Assembly (NCBI GenBank): GCA_964016885.1 | Contig: OZ024764.1 | Location: 23,436,001 to 23,500,000 of the forward strand | Direction of reading: 5' to 3' | Origin: Eledone cirrhosa | Lineage: Eukaryota | Length of the DNA stretch: 64,000 nt | Part shown: positions 53,577 to 64,000 of the stretch, piece by piece | Position numbering within the stretch: position 1 is the first letter of the stretch | How the letters are laid out: the number at the start of each line of letters is the position of its first letter | The notes under the pieces: generated by a model | The model's database searches: none | The model's input: the letters and a program-made list of their open reading frames with translations, nothing else | Told to the model about the DNA's origin: nothing | Made by a program: the position numbers and the translations under genes

Positions 53577-55484
53577 CGAGTGTCCCAAGTAAAGAGTTTT
53601 TCGAGATACGAGCCGTCCCTCGGCTGATTTTTTGCGTTGAGTTCCAGTTCTAGTTGGCATAGCGACCGCCACAGGGAATACCATAACACCCGTCCAGCAT
53701 CCCATGGGTTCGAAGAAAGTGAGGGCGAAGGACAGTGCTGAGAAGAAGAAGCAGATGATGTGTATTGAATTAAAGAAAGAAATTATAGAAAAACATGTCC
53801 AAGGTGTGTGTGTAGTGGACTTGATAAAGGCTATAACCCCAGCTAAGGGTGGTAAAATAATTTCTAAACAGCGGACCTCTATCCATGAAAATATGGAGAA
53901 GCAGCTTGCAAGAGATACTGTGATGAAGATTATAATATGTGAGAAGGCACGAACTATTTACGCTGATTTGCTGCAGCAGACCCCAAGTACTTCTACGGAC
54001 GAGCCATCGGCAAGCCCTTTAATGCCAGTCGGGGATGGTTTGAGAATTTTAAAAAGAGGACCGGCATTCACTCCGTTGTCAGGCATGGTGAGGCAGCGAG
54101 TGCGGATATGAAGGCAGCTGAGGATTACCTCAAAACCTTTCCCTGAATTATAGCAGCCAAAGGATACATCCCTCAGCAAGTCTTTAACTGTGATGAAACA
54201 GGACTTTTTGGGAAGAAGATGCCAAGGAGGACTTATATAACGGCAGAGGAGAAGAGGATGCCTGGCCACAAACCCATGAAGGATAGGCTAACCCTCGCAC
54301 TGTGCCACTGTGAACGTTGACTGTAAGATTAAGTTGCCGCTCGTTTATCATTCGGAAAACTTTAAGTCACATAAGATTCTGAAAGAAAAACTGCAGGTTA
54401 TGTGGAGGGCAAACCTGAGGTCATGGGTCACCAGATAGTTCTTTGTGGATTGGGTGAATTTGGTCCTGACGTTAAAAAATATCTCCATGAAAATAACCTA
54501 CCCCTGTAAACCCTTCTTGTTCTGGACAATACACCTGCTCACCCACCTAACCTCGAAGAGTTCAAGTTTATAAAGGTCCTCTACCTTCCACCAAACACCA
54601 CCCCTAACCTACAGCCCAAGGACCAGCGGGTACTTTCTAATTTCAAGAAGCTCTTCACCAAGCACCTGTTCAGTCGCTGCTTTGAAATGACGGAGAGCAC
54701 AAACTTCACCCTTGAGAGGTCTGGAAGGACCATTATAACATCGTGATATGCCTCAGAATTATCGATATGACCTGGCAGGGTCATACAAAGAGGACCTTGA
54801 CCTTTACATGGAAGAAGCTGTGGCCTGAAGTTGTGTCTAAAACAGACTTTGAAAGACTGGAACCCGAAGCGGCAGTGGTGGAGGAGATTGTACCCCTCGG
54901 TAAGTCCATGGGCCTGGACATGGATGAAGGTGACATCAACGAGCTCATCGAGGAGCACCCCGAGGAAATGACAACGAAGGAATTAAAGGAGCTACAGACA
55001 CAGCAACACACGGAGTTTTTGCAGGAAATAGGTGACACAGAGGAGGTTATCTCAACAAGTGAGATGAAACAAACCTCATTAGACAGGTTTTTATCGAAAA
55101 TCCCTGCAGATAAAAGTGAGGAATGCGTGGCGAAAGGGCAAAAATCAGCGAATAAGATTCAGTTATTCAGTTCATCCTTTCTCCTCCGTCAACATCCTCA
55201 AGTCGTCTGATCTCTAAGATAGATGCCGTACATTATACTTAATAAAACCAGTTTATTGTAGTACATTCTATTGTATTGTTTTTTATATACAATATTTGTT
55301 ATTTATAAGTACATTTTTCTTATTTAAAAACACGTAACAAAACAAACTGTGGTTTTGGGGGGTCTGGAACGGATTAACGGCATTTTATTTTATTTCAGTG
55401 GGGAAAATTGATTTGACATACGAGTAATTTAAGTTACGAGGTCCTCCACGGAACAAATTAAACTCATAAGTCAAGGTACAACAG
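53577..55484 (+). mobile_element. Tigger/pogo-like transposon copy, left TIR lost
   Basis: Paralog of 33-2109 with several small deletions. Confidence 0.88.
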
Positions 55485-55506
55485 TGTGTGTGTATATATA
55501 TATATA

Positions 55507-55683
55507 TGAAGAAACGATCGACTTTCGTCAAATCGGACCGAGGAAGCAATGTTTCCATTGGTCTTTCTAATTGCTAGTACTATCGGTCGCAACTCCAGGT
55601 AGAAGGAACAACGTGAAATAAAGTGTCTTGCTCAAGGTCATAACGCATCGCCTGGTCCAGGAATCGAACTCACAATCTCAAGA
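55507..55683 (-). mobile_element. CORE-like SINE
   Basis: Paralog of 2138-2312. Confidence 0.7.
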
Positions 55684-57279
55684 TATATATATATAAATGA
55701 AAAATATAGAAATTATTGTAGCAAAAAGCCAACAGTATTCCATTTCATTTCATTTCATTTGAGTTTGAGTCCATGCTCAGGCCAAGTCGAAGACTCCACC
55801 CATTATATATATATATATAGTATAAAAGAGAAAACACAGGTAAGCATTAAGAGAAGGATTTTATCCAGGTATTTACGACCGTTTCATTGGTAAGTGCAAC
55901 CTTATATTTCTATCCTGCAAATAGCAGCCACTCAATTATAATTGTTGTTCACAGTCCAAATTTTCAAAATAGTAAGTTACTCTTGAAATAATTCTTAATA
56001 TATAGAGAAAAACATTTATTTGGAATTGTATTTACTAGTATAGAGAGAGAGGAATCAGAAGGTGAGGGGACAGACGGAATAGTATAGAGAGAGAGGAAGA
56101 GGTAGGAAGTAGAGTGACAAACTGAGATGGAGGGAGGGGTAGAGGTGGCAGGATTCTTTGGTCAGTTTTGACAGCAGACTTCATGTCGTGGAATGTAGTG
56201 AGTTAAAGAGAATTAAATTGATCATTTTTGGAGGGATGGATATATATATATATAGTTAAATATTAGACAGGAACAAAAAACAGGCAGTGCAAATGGTAGT
56301 TTATACCGAGAGAGAGACAGACAAACACATCTATACCCCTACTACAGTAAAACATAAAACATATGTAAGGGGAGACAACTCTCGTTACATCCCCCCCTTC
56401 TTTTTGATATACGTCCTTTAAATACTTTGTACAATGGAATCTGCTTTATTTTGTGTCCTAAGTAGATTTCTGTTTAATTATTTACGAGATTCACAATGAT
56501 TCACGTAACCAAGTTACTTACATAGAGACATATTTCACATAGAATCACAACAAATGAAAATATTAAGTCAACACTCTGTCAATCAGTCTACATCACATGG
56601 GGTGCCGGAGTCTCCTTCTAATACTTTCTGAGACAGTCTTACCTCGAGTGATAGCAAGGCTAAGATGTTGGAACTACCAAACACCCTCATATGTATCACC
56701 TGACACCTCGGTAAGGAGAGCTGCCAACGATAACAAGAACCTCGTTGTCAGGCACCTATCTCCTCCAAACTTCTCCAAGACCACAGACTAGAATATTCTA
56801 CTCTTTATTCCCTATCAAATATATTTCAGTCTAGTCATTTATCTTGTTTCTTGTATATGTATTTTCAAAACTAACTGTCACATTTGTGAGACCCCAGTTA
56901 GTGATGTTTTCGTCTCCCTCCCACATCCTACATGCTGTAGTAAAAGTGAGGGTCACTGCTTCCGTAGACGAACGAAATAAAAGCTAAACTACCAGTAATT
57001 ATCGGCAAAGTATTTATTCCAGTCTGTGATGTTTGAGAAGCTGGGCTGCTGACAACGAAGTTGCTGTCACTGTTGGCGGCTGGCTTTACCGAAGTACCCG
57101 ATGACTCTTGTGAGGGTACTTAGCTGTTCTGGCAACTTAGCCCCCATATGACCCGATCTTACCGAGATACCCGGTGATTTCTGTCAGAGTACTTAGCTGT
57201 CCTATTTTAATTACATTTACTGTTTTCACCTTTATTTTTTTTTATTACAAACTTTACATAATTTAATTCGGTAAAAATA

Positions 57280-57370
57280 TTTTTACGTCACAAAAAAACT
57301 TGACCTTTGACATTGAAGCATGCGCAGTGGTGCAGTTGTCGACTTCCTGTCCACGTGTCAGTCTTCCTAA
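57280..57370 (+). promoter_or_regulatory. Putative promoter, unit E (exon 1 donor missing)
   Basis: Motif cluster intact; the downstream exon is replaced by a hairpin. Confidence 0.5.
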
Positions 57371-58324
57371 AACAAGATTTATTTGTGATGTGAAAAGCTC
57401 ACTTTTCACATCACAAATATATATTTTCTTGTTTGTTTCATTATTGGAAATATAAAATGTTATCGTAATTATCTATATTTTACCTACCTCTAATTAATTA
57501 AAGTGAAAACTTTTGTTGTTGCTGAAAAATAAATTAACAAAACTAAATATTTAAATATTGTAAAGGTCGTTTTTATATTATGTGATGATATAATTAATAT
57601 ATTTTATTACAATTGTATAAATTTACAGTAGAATAACGTTGTAAATATGTTTTAAATATATACATAAATAACATAAGTGTGTAAATAACATTATAAATTG
57701 CTGGCAATTCCTTGAGAAAGACATTACAAATATATTGTCTAAACTGTGTATAATAATATAATTTATTGAACAATAATGATAAAGGAGAGAAAAACACAGT
57801 GGGAGATGGCAATTGACCACCAAACGAGGTAAACATTTGCAACTTTCCCCTTTTTTTGCTTTGTCCGAGACAACTCAAAATATTCTTCAAGGAACTGGAT
57901 TTTCCATTCGGTTGGATCGAACGGATTTTACCATTTATAATCTACGGAGAGGAATAACAGATGTTCGGAGGAAAAAAGAATTGTTTGTGGCAACAACGTA
58001 GGGAACCAACCTGGAGCAATTGTATCACACAATTATACTTTCCTCCTTAACATACGCTTACAATTTTTCATAATCAAACCCCCCAAATATAAAATATAAA
58101 TAATTATAAATGGCGAGGAACTATCCCATCTCCCTCTTGAAATAACCTGAATCTATTTATAGTCAGGTGTGACTGAAAGGTCAATCCATACTTCCATTCT
58201 ATTTCACAGAATTAGAAGCTTTGACCACTTGATAGAATTCAGGTCCAGTAATGTAATCACTCCGTAATTGTAAACATCTTGTATCACTATCATTCAGGTT
58301 TTGATTTTACTTAAGTCTTGCCCA

Positions 58325-61300
58325 TGTTTTTTTTTTTTTTCTTTTTTACACGAACTCACAATTTCGGTTTTTACTGCGGATTTACCCATGCGAACTATTA
58401 CACAAACTCACAGCCTTAGATTTTGTATTTCTAGCGTTTTTATTTTCCTTCTCTTTGCATGTTCAGTGCTCTTTCTCTCCCACTGTATTTACCTGCCTCT
58501 CACATGACCACACTCCTCTCCACGCACTCATCATCTTCTCACTCCTTCTCCACCTTCCCTCCCTCCCCTTGCGCAACCCTTACTTCCTCCTCGCGCACAG
58601 CCCACCTAGGTATTCGTTCAACCCGCCGGAGGCCCGATGTTTCGACCGAACTATCACCGGTGATTGCCGATTGCTAAAGTTGCCACCACTTTAACCTAGT
58701 CCACTCTAGGTGGGGGTGGCATGCGTCGAACGACCAAGAGACCTGCTTGGTGGAACGACTATGTGACAACCGGTCAGCCTTCGACCTCTCATTCTCCACC
58801 AACTGCAGCACGCACGAGAGGAGCTAACTTGCCCCCACCTACCCTCCTCTCCTTCACGGCAGATTCCGAACGAATCCAACCCGGCCAACCACACCACGCC
58901 TACAACTGTTAGCTCACCACCCAACCTCCGCTTTAGTCCCACCGTTAGAACCACTGCTGTCTCCTTTACTGACTCACTCCCTTCACCGAATTCCAACGCT
59001 GGCCCTCTACTGCCGGCTGTTGCCAGCCCGCCACCTGATTGCGCCCTCTGTGCCCGCACTAACCAGTACTTAAAGACAATTAAATGTCACCTATGCCACG
59101 CAAGCTACCACAGAAGCTGTGTCGGCATCACCAAAGCTCAAGCTGAAAGGCTTCAACACTGGACCTGTCATCGGTGCCACTTCAGCTCCGACTATTCCGT
59201 GGGGATGACCAACACTCTACCGACGACTTTCCACCCCCCCCCCCCCCAGGGCTTCTCCAAATCAAAGCTCGTTAACCGGACCCTTAAGGGAGCTCGGAAC
59301 AGCTTTGCAGGTGCCCTCTCTAATTTACTGAAAAACGTTTGCTCGTCCAACAATAGACTGGCAGAAATTGTTTTTGTTTCCCCTCATCTCTCTTCACGTG
59401 CACAATGCGAACTCGGGTTCCCTCAAGTCCTCTCTCAAGTGGCAGTTCCAGCTGTTTGAGTCCACCCCAACCACGTCTCATCTCAGTTCGTCTCCGAGCT
59501 CGGTGTCCACCAACAGACAACCGGTAGACCTCAAGCGAGCCGTCAATGCCAAATTCAGCGAATTTGACATTAAAGGGGCTGTCCTCCCTTGCTCCATGCA
59601 ATTCTGACTCTCGTGAGCGTCTGAAAGAGAAGCACCCCCAGATGATCAGCAACACTGGCCCGAACCACCAGAATACTTGAGACCGGTTTACACCACCAAT
59701 ATCATCAGAAAGGCGATTTCATCCTTCCCCGCTGGGTCAGGCGCGGGAATTGACGTCCTTCATCCTCAACACCTCAAGGATGGTATCTCCTTATCGGCCG
59801 GTGATGCCGGACTCGAGCTCTTGGAGAGTCTGACTCAGTTTGTGAAACAGTGAACGTTCTCCCGTTCATCCGCCCACTGTTCTTCGGTGCGAAGCTATTT
59901 GGTCTCACCAAGCCCAACGGGGACCTGCGCCGCATTGCGGTTGGCTGCACACCTCGCCGCCTCACTGCAAAGGCGTGATTGCTGTTGGTCTCCAACTCAC
60001 TGGCGGAGGAATTTTCCCCCATCCAGCTGTGGGTGGGTACCAGGTTGGGATGTGTGACTGCTGTCCACGCTGCCAGAACATTTGCCAACTTGCCCTCCTC
60101 ATCCCCCAAGGTCATCCTCAAACTTGACCTCAGGAATGCCTTCAACTCCGTCAGCCGCGACATCGTCCTCGGCTCAGTAAGAGAGAGGGTCCCACAACTC
60201 TACCACTTTGCTTGGCAGGCTTATCGGGAGCCCTCCTACCTCTCTTTCAGTGACCAGATCATCACCTCTGCCTCGGGAGTCCAACAGGGTGACTCACGCG
60301 GGACTCCCCCCTCGCACTGGACATTGATGACGTCACCAAGATGGGGGCTGAGTTGGACCTCAATGTCTGGTAGCTCGACGACGCCTGTTTGGGGGGAACT
60401 CCGGATATGGTTCTCGCCACTGCCAACAGGATGGTGGAGGAGCTTGGCGCCGGGGTCTCCAGATCAATAGCTCCAAATGTGAGCTCTGGATCCTCAACCA
60501 CCCGGCTTCTTAACACCAACAGCTGATCGACCTGTTCGCAGAGTCCTTCCCTTTCATCACGGTCCCTCCCCCGTCGGCTTGGTGCTCCTTAGGAGCCCCA
60601 ATTACAGACCTGGCCTTCGGGTCAACCATCCAATCGAAGATGGTTGGCCTTGAGCAGCTGCTGAGGAATATTGAAGATATCGAACGCCATCAAGGTTTCT
60701 TCTTACTCAGGAACTACCTGTCTATTCCTAAGCTTCTGTATCTGCTCAGGGTCAGCCCCTCTCACAGATTTCCATCCTGCCTCCAACGCTTCGACGACCT
60801 AATCTTCGAGAGACTCGATTGTCTGGTCAATGTTAGTAAGTGTTCGTCCCTCTCTCTCCCCTGCTTCCTTTCCTCCACCCAAGCTTGCAGCATCCTCTCC
60901 TCTCCAACATGGACTAGTTCCAACAGGGAGTTGTGTGAAGCTCTCCAGCAATGGAGTGAGTTGGGCATGTCTCTTCCTGAGAAGGTGGAGGACAGTCGAA
61001 GTCAGAGAACTTGGGACAGGATACGTTGGAATGCCACCTTCGACTCCCTCTTCGTCCTCTCAGATCAGTTTACAAGGTGCCGCTTACCAACTGCCAGCGC
61101 CAAATACTCCGGTGACTGGGTCGATGCCTTACCCGTGGCCAACGTTGGAGGCCTACTCAGCCTGGATGAAGTTCGTGTCTCCATCACCCTCAGAGTGGGA
61201 GCTGACGTCTGCATGGGTTTGAGATGTGGCTAACTCCTCGACTCCACAGGCCCCCACGGTCTTTCTTGCCGCCTGAATGCCGGCCTCTTCGCCCGTCACA

Positions 61301-62100
61301 CGGAGCTAAACTTTATTCTGAAGAGAGCTTTGGCCCGGGCAAACATCCCCTCAGTCTTGGAACCATCTTGGTTGTCCAGAAGTGACGGCAAAAGACCTGA
61401 CGGCCTTACCCTGTGCCCCTGGTCGAGAGACAGGTGCTTAATCTGGGACGTCACTGTTAGTGACTCCTTTGCTCTTTCCCACATCCTTGATGCTGCGGTA
61501 AGGACGAGAGCCACAGCTTCGGCAGACAAGCGGAGTAAGACCCTCAAATACTCTGATCTGTCGGCCAGCTACATTTTTCAGCCTGTGGCTTTCGAGACGT
61601 TTGGGGGAGTCGGGCCGCTGACTGCGAGGTTCCTTTCCTCACTGGCGGCTCGCCTTATAGAGGTAACTGGCGAAATCGCGAGGGCGCTTGGCTGTTCCAG
61701 CACCTCAACATCGCCATCACCCGAGGTAACACTGCCAGTGTGCTGGCTTGCCTCAAAACTCATTAGAGAGGTTTCCCAGTACCCCTCGTTGCTGTCTTTT
61801 GCTCTGGTGTTGGCTCCGTTGTCCACCCCTTCCTTTACATTTTCTTTAATATTGCAACATTGAAGGAATATATCTTTCATTGTATCATCCTTTATAGTGT
61901 TACCGAGGCATTTGTAATGTTATTTATATATTTAAAACATATTTGTTATGTTATTCTACTGTAAATTTATTTATATGCTCTGTTTATATTTTCATTCTGA
62001 AGGAACTTATCCACTTGTGTTGATATAAGTGATGCTATGACTTTCCTCTAAGCATTGTGTCATTATATATGTTATTATAAACGTGAATAAATTGAATTTA
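58325..62100 (+). mobile_element. CRE-clade retrotransposon (paralog of 18200-21960)
   Basis: Same flanks and shared disabling mutations (e.g. W*LDD), so it was duplicated with the unit. Confidence 0.85.
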
Positions 62101-62190
62101 TAGTGTGATAATAGGCCACACCTCACACCCTAGGGGTTAACTACACACTTTGAGGCAAGCCAACACACTGGCAGCATTACAACGGGTGAT

Positions 62191-62650
62191 GGTGAGGCTA
62201 AGGTGCTGAAATAACCAGGTACCCTCACGGGTATCACCTGACACCTCAGTAAGGTGAGGCTACGGTGCTGAAATAACCAGGTACCCTCACGGAAATGACT
62301 AGATTTGTAGAAAAAGTAGGGTGAAATTATTCAGAGAGATGTAGTTTCACAGATCTACTCACACCTCACGTTGGGTGAGAATAATTATTTTTCTTAGAAT
62401 TCTTGCTATACCCCTTTTCCAGTATTTTTTCTCTGGACCTCTTAGATACTTGCGATAGACGTTTTATTTCCCAGTATTAGGATTAGGGTTTCCGTTTTCA
62501 GAAAGAAAAGTCGATTGCAAACATCTAAGAGGTCGAGCAATGAAATTAAGGAAAGATAATTATTTCCCAGCCAACTGGAGAAGTGTGTAACTCTTCTAAA
62601 CTCCGATAATCCTATCTCCCACTTCTTTATCTACAAATCTAGTAATTTCC
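62191..62650. mobile_element. 62-bp repeat (~1.6 copies) plus MITE-like element (62291-62650)
   Basis: Paralog of 22056-22577. Confidence 0.7.
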
Positions 62651-62659
62651 TGCTACTTT

Positions 62660-63290
62660 GTTCCCTGGGGTATGCCTTAGTATTTGACACCATCTATCTG
62701 TCTTACTCCCTAACTAGCAAGAAGTCAATCTGTCTCATGTGCTCACCTGATTGGTAGGTTATTAGGTGGTTGGTAGGTTTCTTGAAGTGTTGCAAATGGT
62801 TAGTTCACTTGCATCACAAAATACAAGAAGCCTCACTCCTTCTTCATTTCTTGAGCCATAACCATGACCACCATGTACCCCAGTGTATCCATCCTGGAGC
62901 TGTCCAACATGACCATTGAATTCCCCTGCTATTATAACTAGGTCTCTGTCATTGTGGTTGTCTCTACTTATTCCTTTTCTACATATGGAGCAGGGCCACT
63001 TTCCTGAAGGTGTCAGGGTCTTCTCTCCTATCCATTACCACTTTAGTTTTGGTTAAGTATATTCTCAGAACTTACCATTTCAAATTCTATATCTATAGTT
63101 GGTCATCTACATAGAGAAGTTTCCATAGACTGCCAGTCTTAAACCTCTCTGTTATGGCTTGGAGAACTATGATGAACAACAGTGGGCTAAGAACTAAACC
63201 ATGATGAACTCCTACCTGTACCTTCAATTCTTCACTAGACACACTTTACTGACAGCTTCTCACAAGCCATTCTTCTACACCTAATTTCCT
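62660..63290 (-). mobile_element. RTE LINE fragments
   Basis: Paralog of 22586-23220. Confidence 0.65.
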
Positions 63291-63368
63291 TAACCCTTTA
63301 GTATATAAACTGGCCATATCTGGTCAGAATTCTCCCACATCTTTCTGTTCAAACTGGCCGTAATTAAA

Positions 63369-64000
63369 TAATAATAATAATAATGAAATTATTGTGTACA
63401 GTGCTCAGGTGCACTACAACTCATCAAAGGTGGATGTATAGTACATAGAAGAATGTACAAATGTCAGGAAAATGAACAGTGTATGAGTCATGATATAATA
63501 ACAATAATGAAATATTGTGTATAGTGCCCAGGTGCACCACAACTCATCAAAAAAGTGCATGTACAGTACATAGGGCAATGCACAAACATCAGTAAAATGA
63601 ACAGTGCACGAGTCATGATACACACGTGTGCATGTGTATGGAAGGGGTACATCAGGTGTAGTTTTGGCGTATTTCGGGAAGCATGAGTGTCTTAAAGGAT
63701 GCAGTGTCTCGGCAGCTAACAACTGACGCAGGCAGTTTGTTCCCTACTTCAGCAACTCTGAGCGTGAAAAAATGTCTACGAAAGTCATGGGAGCTGTGCT
63801 GTTTCTTGATCTTGTAGGCATGTCCACGTGTGTTAGACACATGGAGATCAAAGAGGCGCTCAGAGTTGCAATTGGCGAGATGGTTAAAAACTTTGTGGGC
63901 ATTCACCAAGTCCATTGCCAGACGTCGGAGCTTCAATGAATTCATGCCCAGGGAAGCAAGGCGTTCAGAGTATGGTAGGTGTCTGATGGAGGGTATGTGC
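63369..64000 (-). mobile_element. CR1-like LINE 3' end (continues beyond window)
   Basis: LKLRRL..DL...TRGHAYK...FFTLRV...NKLP C-terminus and (ATT)n tail. Confidence 0.88.

Noticed and set aside
55850-55900. Minimal hammerhead ribozyme (minus-strand GAAACGGTC)
   Set aside because: No CTGANGA core with a matching stem I was found nearby.

Overview
Eukaryotic, AT-rich, repeat-dense DNA with no prokaryotic features. The [16 protein letters not shown] finger signature, (TA)n tracts, CORE-like SINEs and RTE elements with (GAT)n tails resemble octopus/coleoid cephalopod genomes; this taxon call is inference. The window is a tandem array of about five highly similar units, each built around one effector-less C2H2 zinc-finger (ZNF) gene. 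Unit A (~1-14050) has a 15-repeat ZNF. Unit B (~14050-34600) has an 11-repeat ZNF. Unit C (~34600-49800) has a 13-repeat ZNF interrupted by one GGA>TGA stop. Unit D (~49800-53500) has lost the whole gene by deletion. Unit E (~53500-end) has lost exon 1 to a fold-back rearrangement, and any CDS would lie beyond the window. The inferred gene model is a promoter with NRF1, ETS and E-box motifs, a non-coding exon 1, a 5.5-9 kb TE-filled intron, one coding exon, and a possible 3'UTR intron ending at a relic ZNF exon. Decayed transposons include Tigger/pogo, Buster-type hAT (8-bp TSD), Merlin, non-autonomous Helitrons, a TIR MITE, RTE, CR1, CRE-clade retrotransposons and SINEs. Five minisatellites (31, 39, 48, 62 and 82 bp) vary in copy number between units. 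Coordinates were read by eye, and TE and repeat edges are approximate.
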